Source: a virus (Duplodnaviria; Caudoviricetes). Taken from it: DNA of 31,526 bases. The stretch lies in the IMG/VR virus record IMGVR_UViG_3300049828_000008, positions 1 through 31,526 of that record. One strand, written 5' to 3'. The notes under the pieces are model-generated. The model had not been told where the DNA came from and ran no database searches. It saw nothing but the letters and a program-made list of their open reading frames with translations. Of the stretch, positions 1 to 10,116 are shown piece by piece. Position 1 is the stretch's first letter. The number at the start of each line of letters is the position of its first letter. Position numbers and translations under genes: made by a program.

Positions 1-2
1 TT

Positions 3-2621
3 CTTTACGTATCCGAAAACTTCATTAATGCCAACGTTGCGCAGATGAACGTTGCACCGGCAGCAATTCACTTTGCTCCCGGCGACATGGTTTATCAGTC
101 GTCAACAGGACGCGCCGAATTTGGAAACGCGCTCTTTACTGGTAAAGTTGAGTATTGGGATTCTGGTACAGGTTCGCTTGCTATCAGTCCAATCAGCGGT
201 ACTTTCAAGACCAATGCAAGCTTGAATCTTCATGCAACTTTGTGGAATTCCTCAAATACTTCAACACCTGAATTCCATATCTCTGGGCTTAAACTAATTG
301 ACATTGCAACAAACAATCGTGTTGTGTCAGTAGCTAATGCAACTAAGAGCGTTGCCGTTGTTACCTACGAGCATACTTCAGGTGTAGTTTCAAACGTGTC
401 AGCCAACACCGTTGAAGGTGGTGGACAATACATGTACCTGAACGCAACTGCAAATACCAGTGCTGCCGGTAATGTTCTATACCTCACTTCTGGAACTGGT
501 CTGGGACAATTCCGCAGAATCATTTCTGTATCTGGCAAGAGAGTTACTCTCGCATCGACTTTACAGGTTGATCCCGGTTCAAACACCAAATACTCTATCG
601 GCAACTTTGTAGTAGATGAAAATGGTTCTCTGAATGGTGTTCTAAACATACCCGAAGAACCAAACTTCAAGTTTAAGGTTGGTGAGAGATTACTCACAGT
701 CACAGACGTAGATAGACTAGATTCTGATGATTACACAATGAAAGCAAGCGCACGTTTTGCTTCGGGTGGATTACGCAACTCTCTTCAGAGAGTCAATCTT
801 ACTCCAATCATGCGTCCGTTGCCAGAAACGCCACCAAACAATCCAGTTGTTCCGCCAGTTCCTACGGCTCGTCAGGTTTCTCCTGCGCCTGTTGCACAGC
901 CGATTGCACGTACACCCGTTAGTCTAATTCCAAGACGACCTATTCGTGATCCTATTGCTCAAACATTCTGGACTCCGAAGAAAGACACCAATCAAGCCAA
1001 CTATGGTGTATTCGTCACATCAATTCAATTATTCTTCGGTAACAAGCCATCTGTTGCTCGTCAGAGTCTACAGTTGCCAGTGCAAGTCAAGATCGCAGAA
1101 GTGGTTAACGGTTATCCAACACAAAACTTCCTTGCAGAAGCAACGGTTAAGTGTAAGGACGTTAAGCTTTCTACGTCACCTTCGGTCAGCGATTCGAACA
1201 CAATCACAACGTTCAGATTCCGTGATCCAGTCTATCTATTGCCAGACACAGAATATGCTCTAGTCGTTGTTTCAGATTCCCCTGAGTATGAGTGCTACAT
1301 TGCTGAACTCGGCGGAAACGTCCTAGGAGCAGACCCTCCTCGTAGAATTTCTGAACAACCATATGCAGGCTCATTCTTCCGCAGTCAGAACTCTTCGACA
1401 TGGACTGCATATCAGAACGAAGACCTAATGTTTGTGATCAACAAGGCAGTCTTTGCCGGTAACGGTTCAGCCACATTCCAGATTAAGGATGTACCTAAGA
1501 GTGAAATGAACATAGATCGTATGTTCATCAACGTCGATAAACTCTCATTCCCTGTGTCTGATATTGACTTCAAGGTGAAGAGCGTCTTCAAGGCTAATTC
1601 ATCTTATGACAATTACGTTAACGTTAAGCCACAAACAATCTTCAAGTACGGAGATTTGTTGGATGCATCCAACAAGGAAACCTCTGCAAGTTTCAATAAC
1701 GCTCGTAAGCTATCGACAGGTAATGCAAACAGCGTACAAGTTCTTGCCGAATTCATCACCACAGATGCAGACGTTTCGCCAGTTTTCAACATTGAAACTC
1801 TAGCGGTCATTCCTGCAAGTCATAGCATCAACAATGGTGGTATTTCCAATACGGTTATCTCGATTACTAATCGAGGCGTAGGATACAATGCCGTCAGCAC
1901 TGCCGGTAACGTGATATTTGGTGGAGCCAACACTACACAGAATAATGCCGCGCAATTGTTCCGTGAAAACTATCTTGCAAACAACTACAACGTTGGTTTC
2001 TACTATGTTTCCTTCGGAACCAATGGAAACGGAACAGGTGCAGAAGGTTTTGCAGTAGCTAACACGGATGCAGGAAATTCGATTAACTACATCGTCATGA
2101 CTTCTGAAGGCTCTGGATATACACTATCTCCAAGTCTAAGCGTGGCTAACGGCAATGCAGCCTCGGGCATGATTCCGGCATCAGCCGTAGTTCAGGGCGA
2201 AAACGGAAAGCGCGGCGGCAACATGGCTTGCCGTTATATCACTCGCCAGATTTCTCTGGAAGATGGTTTTGAAGCAGGCGACCTTCGTATTTTCATGGAT
2301 GTTGTTCGTCCAAATGGCACGGACATTCATTGCTACTACAAAGTTCTAGGATCAGAAGACCCCGGCAGATTCACGGACAAGTCTTGGGTTCTGATGAAGA
2401 AAGTTGTAGACAAGAGTTCGAAGGACAGTAAACAGGTTATCGAATTACAGTTCCGCCCAGACCTCATGGAAAACAAGCTCAAGTACACCGAAAACGGACA
2501 ACAGTATCCTATCGGTGGCAAGTTCAAGTATTTTGCAGTCAAGGTGGTCATGACGGCAGTAGATACCACCGTGGCTCCATGGGTCCAGAACCTCAGAATC
2601 ATCGCAGTACCGGAAGGTTGA
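3..2621 (+). CDS. Large virion structural protein, VrlC/DUF4815-like (5'-truncated by the window edge)
   Basis: Frame is open from base 3, so the ATG at 45 is probably internal. Motifs DPIAQTF, FRDPVYL, SFFRSQNSSTWTAYQNEDLMF, YITRQISL and C-terminal NLRIIA resemble the VrlC-like protein of environmental T4-like phages. Pro-rich linker at ~800-950. Confidence 0.75.
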   Translation, partial: LYVSENFINANVAQMNVAPAAIHFAPGDMVYQSSTGRAEFGNALFTGKVEYWDSGTGSLAISPISGTFKTNASLNLHATLWNSSNTSTPEFHISGLKLIDIATNNRVVSVANATKSVAVVTYEHTSGVVSNVSANTVEGGGQYMYLNATANTSAAGNVLYLTSGTGLGQFRRIISVSGKRVTLASTLQVDPGSNTKYSIGNFVVDENGSLNGVLNIPEEPNFKFKVGERLLTVTDVDRLDSDDYTMKASARFASGGLRNSLQRVNLTPIMRPLPETPPNNPVVPPVPTARQVSPAPVAQPIARTPVSLIPRRPIRDPIAQTFWTPKKDTNQANYGVFVTSIQLFFGNKPSVARQSLQLPVQVKIAEVVNGYPTQNFLAEATVKCKDVKLSTSPSVSDSNTITTFRFRDPVYLLPDTEYALVVVSDSPEYECYIAELGGNVLGADPPRRISEQPYAGSFFRSQNSSTWTAYQNEDLMFVINKAVFAGNGSATFQIKDVPKSEMNIDRMFINVDKLSFPVSDIDFKVKSVFKANSSYDNYVNVKPQTIFKYGDLLDASNKETSASFNNARKLSTGNANSVQVLAEFITTDADVSPVFNIETLAVIPASHSINNGGISNTVISITNRGVGYNAVSTAGNVIFGGANTTQNNAAQLFRENYLANNYNVGFYYVSFGTNGNGTGAEGFAVANTDAGNSINYIVMTSEGSGYTLSPSLSVANGNAASGMIPASAVVQGENGKRGGNMACRYITRQISLEDGFEAGDLRIFMDVVRPNGTDIHCYYKVLGSEDPGRFTDKSWVLMKKVVDKSSKDSKQVIELQFRPDLMENKLKYTENGQQYPIGGKFKYFAVKVVMTAVDTTVAPWVQNLRIIAVPEG

Positions 2622-2839
2622 TGATGATGAAACTTAAGGTAAGGGAAAATGAGCGGTTAGTCAGGGATAGCAGTAATTTTGCTATCCTCAACACAGATCG
2701 TTCCGTAATCAAATCTCATGAGCAAAAACTCGAAGCTATTCGAAAGAAGAAACTTCAGGAAGAAGAGATAAATACCATCAAGAACGACATATCGGAGATT
2801 AGAGATATGTTGAAGCAACTTATGACACAGAGAAACTAA
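2621..2839 (+). CDS. Small conserved hypothetical protein with C-terminal coiled coil
   Basis: TGATG overlap with the upstream stop, SD-like GGAAGG at 2612-2617, three tandem ATGs (2621/2624/2627). LVRD...AILNTD motif followed by a heptad helix, typical of the gene after VrlC-like genes. Confidence 0.75.
   Translation: MMMKLKVRENERLVRDSSNFAILNTDRSVIKSHEQKLEAIRKKKLQEEEINTIKNDISEIRDMLKQLMTQRN
2767..2774 (+). promoter_or_regulatory. Possible late promoter (GATAAATA) inside the small ORF, upstream of fibre gene 2843
   Basis: Matches the junction consensus N[A/C]TAAATA about 70 nt before the ATG at 2843, but lies inside a CDS so could be chance. Confidence 0.4.
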
Positions 2840-2842
2840 CCC

Positions 2843-4591
2843 ATGGCAAATATCGCAAATGCAGCCATTATCCAAACTGCCAATACATTTGATCATTGGA
2901 GAGTGCGCGACAATCTTGTAGCAAACGATGTAAATGAAATTGCGCGTGGTAACTTCACTAAGCCAACGGGTAACGTTGAAATCAGTGGTGGATATCTACG
3001 ACTCAGCAATACAGCCGTTGGTGTAACTCTAACCGTAGACAATGATGCTCGTATCAGTGGTAATCTCTCGGTCAAGAATGTCACTCAGGACGCAGCCGCA
3101 AATTTCTACTCTGATGCAGTCAACGTAGCATTCCGTTCCGTCACCGGTAACGTCTATGCTAATGGTAACACCTACACTCGTTTCCTCTACAGCAACAACC
3201 TTATTGGTGCTGCTAATATTAATGCTTCTGGATGGATTTTCACGACAGGCTCTCATAACGTAGCCAATCTGATCATGAACGTTGGTGGCGTATTGACTGT
3301 TCGTACCGCTGCTAACGGTGGTAACGTAGCAATCACCGGTAATCTGGCAGTAACAAACATCACGACCTCTGGTACGATGAGAGCTACGACAGCCAACATC
3401 GACTCTCTACATGTTACAACACTTACGGTTACTGATCCTATTGCCGCACCTTCAGAATCAGCCAGTGATATTTACCGGCTTCGTGTCGGACTATCCACCA
3501 GAGGTGAAGGTACATTCGGTGTATTCCAAGGTACTTCGAATGGTAACGCAGCAATTCGATTCAACACTACGGGTAATGTCTGGCAGTTGACTTCGAACGA
3601 TCTTGTAACCTATGCAACCGTTCTCAGTACAGCAAACGTCTTAACGTCATTCACGACAGACACGGATAATGCCGCATCTCTTACTGCCGTCAAGGGTGCA
3701 AACGACAATGCTCTTGCAGCCTATGCGTCCTCAAATAGTGCAGCAAATACAGTTCGCGTATCTCAGAATACGGGATCAGTCATTGCAGGTGCTAATGGCA
3801 TCAACTTTAATAACACATCAACCGTTCTTGTATCGGTGGGTGCAGGCATAAATGGAAATGCAAATGTCTCGTTCGCTGTTGTCGGTGGTGCAGGAACGCA
3901 AGGCGCAACAGGTGCGCAAGGTACTACGGGTGCGGGAGTTCAAGGTGCAACCGGATCAGGAACGCAAGGTGCAACGGGTGCGCAAGGTGTTCAAGGTCGG
4001 CAGGGTGCCACCGGTACTGGTGTTCAAGGTACTACGGGTGCCAATGGTAGTAACGGTGCGCAAGGCGCAACAGGTGCTACAGGTTCAACAGGATCGACCG
4101 GTTCTACGGGTGCTACAGGTGCCACAGGACCAGCCGGACCATCGACTATCATCAATCCATCACTCTATTCGGCAGGCACATATTATCCGGTAATGGCAGG
4201 TTGGTATGGTTCGAACTATACTCCATACATTTCATCCGTATTCTATTACTCTACTGGTGGTGTCGTTTACTCGACAGACTTCGCTGCAACTTCGGATGAA
4301 CGTTTGAAGAATGTCACTGGATACATCTATAATCCAATGTCGATTGTAAATGCAATTGGTGGCGTTCGTTACACATGGAACGATAAAGCTAAAGAATTGG
4401 GATATGAGAGTGCGCACGAAGATGGCGTTGAGGTTGGTGTTCTAGCACAAGATGTTAAAGTTGTTCTGCCGGAAGCAGTTCACGAAGATACCAATGGATA
4501 CTTGAGAGTTTCCTATGACCGTCTGGTTCCTGTCCTTATCGAAGCAATCAAGGAATTGAATGCTCGTATACAGGTTCTTGAAGGGAAGTAA
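2843..4591 (+). CDS. Tail fibre protein with collagen-like segment and C-terminal intramolecular chaperone (peptidase S74-like)
   Basis: N-terminal TFDHWR anchor-like motif; Gly-X-Y tract at ~3884-4140; C-terminal TSDERLK...GVLAQDV..VLPEAV...[17 protein letters not shown] carries the Ser-Lys autocleavage signature (Ser484 at 4292). Confidence 0.88.
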   Translation: MANIANAAIIQTANTFDHWRVRDNLVANDVNEIARGNFTKPTGNVEISGGYLRLSNTAVGVTLTVDNDARISGNLSVKNVTQDAAANFYSDAVNVAFRSVTGNVYANGNTYTRFLYSNNLIGAANINASGWIFTTGSHNVANLIMNVGGVLTVRTAANGGNVAITGNLAVTNITTSGTMRATTANIDSLHVTTLTVTDPIAAPSESASDIYRLRVGLSTRGEGTFGVFQGTSNGNAAIRFNTTGNVWQLTSNDLVTYATVLSTANVLTSFTTDTDNAASLTAVKGANDNALAAYASSNSAANTVRVSQNTGSVIAGANGINFNNTSTVLVSVGAGINGNANVSFAVVGGAGTQGATGAQGTTGAGVQGATGSGTQGATGAQGVQGRQGATGTGVQGTTGANGSNGAQGATGATGSTGSTGSTGATGATGPAGPSTIINPSLYSAGTYYPVMAGWYGSNYTPYISSVFYYSTGGVVYSTDFAATSDERLKNVTGYIYNPMSIVNAIGGVRYTWNDKAKELGYESAHEDGVEVGVLAQDVKVVLPEAVHEDTNGYLRVSYDRLVPVLIEAIKELNARIQVLEGK

Positions 4592-4594
4592 TCA

Positions 4595-5578
4595 ATGGCA
4601 CAGGTTCCTTCTAGTCCAACAAAATTGAGTGACGTTCAAAGTATATTCGGTGGTACTGGTCATCTTCTAAATTATTTAAGGGGTGGTGTAAACGTTTACG
4701 ATCTACCCACTTCATATCCTAATGTAGCAGCGTATCAACCACTTAGATTGGCGGGATTTGCAGGAACAATACACCCACCTGCATATTTACCGTCTACTAT
4801 CTATGGAGAAAACATCAGATTTTTCCCCAACGATGCATATGCGTGGGTTACTGTTAGTGCTGATGGAACATATAGTTTTGGAGGACCGGGAGCGGGAACT
4901 ACTGGAACGTGGAAATTAGTTCCCGGCAGTGCTTCCGAATTCGATGTTGCTATGTGGTATTCAAGTGGTAATCTTTTTAGTGGCGACAGTGTTAATGCTT
5001 GGTTAAGTTTGGGTACTAGTCGAACTTGGTTTTTTTCTATTACAGGAGCGGCGAGCATTTTAAGTGGTGTAAGTAATCTTCAAATTAGAGAACACAATAC
5101 CAGTCAAAGAGCTATAGTTTCGGCAACTACAACCCTGTATGCAGAAGTCGAACCCAGTTGCGGAATCTGCTGCTTCACGCCAGAAACGCTTGTTACGATG
5201 GCAGACTACACCACGAAACCTATTATTGACATTAGAGTTGGAGATTTCATTCTTGTTCGCGGCGGTTCCAAGAAAGTCACCGAAGTCATTACACGGCAGA
5301 ATCGTGTCATGTATCGTATTCGATTCTTTGATGGTCGCATTCTCAACGCATCTGACGAACACCCGCTTTACGTTGTCGGTAAAGGATATTCAGCCATCAA
5401 CCCTGTTGGAGTCTACAAGGATTTGGGTATGGCAGATGAATTGGTGGTTGGCGACCGTGTTCTTGATGAGGATTCCGATGAAAACGAGATTGTCGAAATA
5501 ACGGAAATTGACTATCCACACACGGTTTATACCTTCGCGGAATCTGAGTTCTATGCCAACGGAATGCTCGTATACTAA
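4595..5578 (+). CDS. Putative fibre-tip adhesin with C-terminal Hint (Hedgehog/intein-like) domain
   Basis: Starts 3 nt after the S74 fibre. N-terminus (VPSSPTKLSDVQSIFGG...NYLRGG...LRLAGFAG) resembles leaders of proteins encoded after chaperone-bearing fibres. Hint motifs begin at Cys193. Confidence 0.7.
   Translation: MAQVPSSPTKLSDVQSIFGGTGHLLNYLRGGVNVYDLPTSYPNVAAYQPLRLAGFAGTIHPPAYLPSTIYGENIRFFPNDAYAWVTVSADGTYSFGGPGAGTTGTWKLVPGSASEFDVAMWYSSGNLFSGDSVNAWLSLGTSRTWFFSITGAASILSGVSNLQIREHNTSQRAIVSATTTLYAEVEPSCGICCFTPETLVTMADYTTKPIIDIRVGDFILVRGGSKKVTEVITRQNRVMYRIRFFDGRILNASDEHPLYVVGKGYSAINPVGVYKDLGMADELVVGDRVLDEDSDENEIVEITEIDYPHTVYTFAESEFYANGMLVY
5171..5575 (+). other. Hint domain, 135 aa, lacking terminal His-Asn and C-extein
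   Basis: Block A CFTPETLVTMAD..KPI.DIRVGD, block B LNASDEHPL, ADELVVGD, block F/G-like VYTF...FYANGMLVY followed directly by the stop codon. Confidence 0.85.
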
Positions 5579-5580
5579 TG

Positions 5581-5588
5581 CCTAAATA
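5581..5588 (+). promoter_or_regulatory. T4-type late promoter CCTAAATA
   Basis: Intergenic TAAATA core; same box recurs at 10 gene junctions; T4 gp55 consensus is TATAAATA. Confidence 0.7.
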
Positions 5589-5615
5589 ACTGGAATCCTC
5601 AGAGGAATATCCACG

Positions 5616-5954
5616 ATGTACGCAGAACTCACAATTGATCAAGGTGCCACGTTTTCTAGCACGATTGACCTGATTAACGATGACAACACACCTATCAATC
5701 TGTCTTTTGCGACGGCTAATACCTTTTCATCCCAGATTCGGAAGTCATATTACTCGACCAATCCGACAGCCAACATCACTGTCACCATAGACAGTGCAGC
5801 CAACGGTATCGTGCGTCTTTCCATGGATGCCAATACTACAGCCAATATCAAACCGGGAAGATACCTATATGACCTGAAAATGGTCAATGAAGCAAATACA
5901 ACCATTCGCGTTGTTGAGGGAATCATCACGATTACGCCACAGGTCAGTCGATGA
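5616..5954 (+). CDS. Small beta-sandwich virion protein, putative fibre adaptor (BppU-N / T5 p132-like)
   Basis: LTIDQGATF...PINLS...SQIRK...G.VRLSM...T..IKPGRYLYDL...RVVEG.ITITP pattern; SD GAGGA; ATGA overlap with the collagen gene that follows. Confidence 0.65.
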   Translation: MYAELTIDQGATFSSTIDLINDDNTPINLSFATANTFSSQIRKSYYSTNPTANITVTIDSAANGIVRLSMDANTTANIKPGRYLYDLKMVNEANTTIRVVEGIITITPQVSR

Positions 5955-8470
5955 AAGTAAATATCACAGAACAAAACCAAATCGGTAAGGTTGGTATCAA
6001 GACCGGAGTTCGTGGAGAAACCGGTGTACAGGGCGCACAGGGAGCAACTGGTGTTCAAGGTAGTGCTGGTTACATCGGTAATGACGGTATTCAGGGTATT
6101 CAAGGTATTCAGGGACTTGATGGACTGTTTGCCGCACAGGGTATTCAGGGTACGAGTGGAATTCAAGGTTTCACTGGAACTCAGGGTATAACAGGTGCAG
6201 GCGCACAGGGTGTGACTGGATCGCAGGGATTAACTGGAACCGGTTCGCAAGGCACGACCGGACTACAAGGCATCACAGGTTCTCAAGGTTTTACTGGTTC
6301 TGATGGTGTTTCAGCCGCGTCTGCACCGTATAGATTCTCGACCAATACTGCGGACACTGATCCCGGTTCTTCCTATCTAAAATTCAACAATAGCAATCTT
6401 ACTGCGGCAACGTTGGTTTGGGTTGATAATGTCAATGACAATTCCGTTGACATTAGTGTATTTCTCAACACTGTAAATGTGGGTGACAAGCTATACTTCC
6501 AGTTGCCTACGGACGCTTCTGTATTCTTCCTCTACACTGTAACTTCTAAGACAAATAAGACAGGTTACTATGAATTCGGATTGACATATCTCAACAGTGG
6601 TGTAGGTACTGCATTTTCTAACAATGCAAAACTCTACATGGCAGTTGGCTATAAAGGAACGCAAGGTGCAACCGGATTACAAGGTATTGGTGGAAATCAA
6701 GGTACTACTGGTTTACAAGGTTCTACTGGACTACAAGGATTAACCGGCTCGGGTGCGCAAGGAACATCAGGTACGCAAGGTGCAACTGGAACTCAAGGTG
6801 GAACAGGTACAGGTACTCAGGGTTCAACTGGTTTACAAGGTATTACAGGTACAGGTGCGCAAGGCGCAACCGGCACACAAGGCTCAACTGGTTTACAAGG
6901 CACCACTGGTGCAGGAACACAGGGCGCAACTGGTTTGCAGGGTATTCAAGGTCGGCAGGGTACAACCGGATTGCAGGGAACGACTGGTGCAGGAACTCAA
7001 GGTGCCACTGGTCTGCAAGGATTGTCAGGATCGCAAGGTACGACTGGTCTACAGGGTTTAACTGGTGCGGGAACTCAGGGTGCAACTGGATCACAAGGTA
7101 CTAATGGAAGTCAAGGTACTAGCGGAACTAACGGCTCGCAAGGTGCTACTGGTCTACAGGGAACAACTGGCTTACAAGGTTCAACTGGTGCGCAAGGAAC
7201 GATTGGTTCTCAAGGCGCAACCGGACTACAGGGATTGACCGGACTACAAGGTTTGACTGGTTCTCAAGGCGCAACTGGTTCTCAAGGCGCAACCGGGTTA
7301 CAAGGTATTCAGGGATTACAAGGTCGGCAGGGAACAACTGGATCACAAGGATCAACAGGAACTCAGGGTTCGACGGGACTGCAAGGACTAACTGGTACTG
7401 GTGCGCAAGGCGCAACAGGTATTCAGGGTGCAACCGGTATTCAGGGTTCGACAGGTGCGCAAGGAACGACTGGATTGCAGGGCATTCAAGGAATGCAAGG
7501 TTTGCAAGGTTTTGCAGGCGACAGATATTCCACAACATCCACAACTTCAATTACAATTGGTACTGGCACCAAATCGTTTACAATCGGCACTGGATTAGCC
7601 TATACCGTAGGTCAGTCTGTTGTAGCTGCAAATACCCCATCACAAAAGATGGAAGGTACAGTTACATCATACAATTCTGGTACTGGTGCTTTGGCGATGG
7701 ATTCTACCACTGCAACTGGTTCTGGTACTTACAATGCATGGGATATCAACCTCGGTGGTGCAGTTGGTGCTTCGGGTGCGCAAGGTGCAACTGGACTACA
7801 AGGCATTCAAGGTACAACCGGATCGCAAGGCGCAACAGGCACTCAAGGTTCGACAGGACTACAGGGAACAACCGGCGCACAAGGAACAACCGGAAGTCAG
7901 GGAACGACTGGTCTTCAGGGACTAACCGGACTGCAAGGACTAACGGGTTTTCAAGGTACAACCGGATCACAAGGTACAACCGGACTGCAAGGTTTAACAG
8001 GTTTTCAGGGAACAACCGGTTCTCAGGGAACTACGGGGTCACAGGGTACAACCGGACTGCAAGGTTTAACAGGTTCTCAAGGCACAACTGGTCTACAGGG
8101 ATCAACAGGTCTGCAAGGACTGACAGGTATTCAAGGTTCTCTAGGTTCGCAAGGATTAACTGGACTACAAGGAATTACTGGAACGGGTACACAAGGCGTT
8201 ACCGGTTCTCAGGGTACGACTGGTGCAGGTTCTCCTGCCGGTGCCAATACTCAAATTCAGTTCAACGATAATAGTGCTTTTGGTGGCTCACCTAATTTAA
8301 CGTGGAATACGCAATCCACTTTAATTTCTGTTGGTGGAAATGTCAGAGTCTCGGGAGCTAATGTGTTATATTTTGGTGGAAGTCAGTCTAATACAGTCGC
8401 TAACTCAAAGTTTTCCGTAGGATATAATTCTTCGGTTAATGCATTAGATATTATCTTTGTGGGTGATTGA
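5951..8470 (+). CDS. Collagen-like fibre protein (839 aa) with two internal globular modules and an ~80-aa C-terminal tip domain
   Basis: Three Gly-X-Y tracts (~6005-6305, ~6656-7517, ~7766-8230) separated by beta-rich domains; ends ...YNSSVNALDIIFVGD. Confidence 0.85.
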   Translation: MKVNITEQNQIGKVGIKTGVRGETGVQGAQGATGVQGSAGYIGNDGIQGIQGIQGLDGLFAAQGIQGTSGIQGFTGTQGITGAGAQGVTGSQGLTGTGSQGTTGLQGITGSQGFTGSDGVSAASAPYRFSTNTADTDPGSSYLKFNNSNLTAATLVWVDNVNDNSVDISVFLNTVNVGDKLYFQLPTDASVFFLYTVTSKTNKTGYYEFGLTYLNSGVGTAFSNNAKLYMAVGYKGTQGATGLQGIGGNQGTTGLQGSTGLQGLTGSGAQGTSGTQGATGTQGGTGTGTQGSTGLQGITGTGAQGATGTQGSTGLQGTTGAGTQGATGLQGIQGRQGTTGLQGTTGAGTQGATGLQGLSGSQGTTGLQGLTGAGTQGATGSQGTNGSQGTSGTNGSQGATGLQGTTGLQGSTGAQGTIGSQGATGLQGLTGLQGLTGSQGATGSQGATGLQGIQGLQGRQGTTGSQGSTGTQGSTGLQGLTGTGAQGATGIQGATGIQGSTGAQGTTGLQGIQGMQGLQGFAGDRYSTTSTTSITIGTGTKSFTIGTGLAYTVGQSVVAANTPSQKMEGTVTSYNSGTGALAMDSTTATGSGTYNAWDINLGGAVGASGAQGATGLQGIQGTTGSQGATGTQGSTGLQGTTGAQGTTGSQGTTGLQGLTGLQGLTGFQGTTGSQGTTGLQGLTGFQGTTGSQGTTGSQGTTGLQGLTGSQGTTGLQGSTGLQGLTGIQGSLGSQGLTGLQGITGTGTQGVTGSQGTTGAGSPAGANTQIQFNDNSAFGGSPNLTWNTQSTLISVGGNVRVSGANVLYFGGSQSNTVANSKFSVGYNSSVNALDIIFVGD
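6656..8230 (+). repeat. Degenerate 18-bp-period coding repeats (Gly-X-Gln-Gly-X-Thr), interrupted by a globular module at ~7520-7765
   Basis: Recurrent caaggt/caggg...actggt units; exact 18-bp tandem at 7256-7291. Boundaries approximate. Confidence 0.85.
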
Positions 8471-8472
8471 TC

Positions 8473-10086
8473 ATGACTCGCTTTCATGCAAATAGTGCAA
8501 TTCAAGCAACCTTATTTAACGAATTTGATACTGATCGTATTAGATTACACGCAAATTCATCAGTATTTGCTAATATTATGTATGAGAGTGATACTCTTGC
8601 AGCACCACAAACTACGAGATTATATGCGAATGGAACCATTCACGCTTTTTGTTTTATAGAAGAATCATTAGGCGGTACACCATACTTAGGATTAGCTCCA
8701 ACATCATATGTTGCTCCATGGTCTGATGTTAGTGGAGCATCCAACGATTATTCAGATTTAGGGGCAACATCCTATACAAACTCTTCAAATCCTTCTACAC
8801 CAACAACCTTCGGTACAGCCTTAGCTCGCGCTACGGCAGCATCAATCGTTGGTGTTAAACCCGGCATATATGTAGCTAATTTGATTGCTCCCTCAACAGT
8901 TATTCCACAATGGAAAACAACATCTTCAGGTTCTTCTGGAAGTCCAATAACAATTGTAGCTGAATATCCTTCAGCATTATATCCAAATAATCCTGAATTG
9001 TGGTCGGAATTGCGCAATAGTGCTTCCACTACAGAGTGGAATGGAAACCCTACGTTTGGAACTAATGGTCAAAACTATATTCATTGGTTTGGTTTTTATG
9101 TTGATGAGAGTGTATCTTTTTCTACAGGAGACACAGGTTTAGGTGCGTTGTGGAGTTCAACCGGAAGTGCTATAAAATATTGTAGGCTTCACAGTAATGG
9201 AAACAATCCAGAAGGCAATGATAGCTTACATTGTTCTTTAAGAGTAGAAAATTGTAGCGGCAATACTGAAATCTCGTATAACATATTAGATAATAACAAT
9301 CCAACTTACACTACATGGAATGAGGCAGCATTACACTGTTCTCATGTGACTAATATCTTAATAGAGCATAATGAGATGTTCAACTCATCTGCCGGAATTA
9401 TGATGAAGCGTAATTGGAATATGCCGGGAACCATTACAATCAGATATAACTACATTCATAATTGTAGTGGTGGTGGAATTCGTGTGGATTCCAACTCTCC
9501 GATTGGTGATTTAAGTTATGATTCTTTCATATATCAGAATTTAATAACCGATTGTGCGGGTATTTGTTTTTGGGTAGCAAATTCATCTAACATGGCTAGT
9601 GCAAGATCACACGTAATCAATAATACAATTGTAAACTGTTATGCTGCTTGGGGTACACATCAAGACCCATTCAATACCAATGCCGCGCACAAATTTTGGA
9701 ACAATATTGTTGCTTCACCAACGTTTTCTATTTTTTATTGGGAAAACTGGACTTCTGCACAATTACCATCTCTACCCGAAGCAGATTTCGATTCACAACA
9801 TAATGTTTTCTATTCTTACCCTGCATTTTTTGATGGTGATAACATTTCTGCCCAAACTTTAAGTTATTGGCAATCTACCGTATCACAAGACGATGTTTCT
9901 CCGGCAGCGAATATTTCAAACCCATCTTTTGTTGGTAGTGGTAATTATAAGCTACAAGCTGGATCACCCGCTTTAACTCAAGGCAGAGATTTTTTAAATC
10001 TCTCCGGTGGTGGTGTTGGAAGTACGATTCCTGCGGGATGTTATATTACTGGTGACGAATTAATAGGCTTGGGTATTACTTACTAA
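8473..10086 (+). CDS. Right-handed parallel beta-helix protein (pectin-lyase-like fold), putative receptor-binding protein or depolymerase
   Basis: ATG 8473 preferred to TTG 8467 because SD GGTGAT lies at 8462-8467. YVAP...ALARA...VGVKPGIY cap; Asn-ladder repeats (EISYNIL, LIEHNEM, TIRYNYIHN, IYQNLI, VINNTIVN, FWNNIV); C-terminal NYKLQAGSPAL. AT-rich. Confidence 0.78.
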   Translation: MTRFHANSAIQATLFNEFDTDRIRLHANSSVFANIMYESDTLAAPQTTRLYANGTIHAFCFIEESLGGTPYLGLAPTSYVAPWSDVSGASNDYSDLGATSYTNSSNPSTPTTFGTALARATAASIVGVKPGIYVANLIAPSTVIPQWKTTSSGSSGSPITIVAEYPSALYPNNPELWSELRNSASTTEWNGNPTFGTNGQNYIHWFGFYVDESVSFSTGDTGLGALWSSTGSAIKYCRLHSNGNNPEGNDSLHCSLRVENCSGNTEISYNILDNNNPTYTTWNEAALHCSHVTNILIEHNEMFNSSAGIMMKRNWNMPGTITIRYNYIHNCSGGGIRVDSNSPIGDLSYDSFIYQNLITDCAGICFWVANSSNMASARSHVINNTIVNCYAAWGTHQDPFNTNAAHKFWNNIVASPTFSIFYWENWTSAQLPSLPEADFDSQHNVFYSYPAFFDGDNISAQTLSYWQSTVSQDDVSPAANISNPSFVGSGNYKLQAGSPALTQGRDFLNLSGGGVGSTIPAGCYITGDELIGLGITY

Positions 10087-10089
10087 ATA
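10082..10089 (+). promoter_or_regulatory. Late promoter ACTAAATA overlapping the upstream TAA stop
   Basis: TAA 10084-10086 is both the stop codon and the start of TAAATA. Confidence 0.7.
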
Positions 10090-10116
10090 TGAAGCAATGG
10101 CTAGGAAAAGAAAGAA

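Noticed and set aside
2579-2620. Upstream start for the small ORF at 2579
   Set aside because: It would overlap the conserved end of the large gene; the SD and TGATG overlap favour 2621-2627.
5171-5578. Canonical splicing intein
   Set aside because: No terminal His-Asn, no C-extein nucleophile, no endonuclease domain; the stop codon follows directly.
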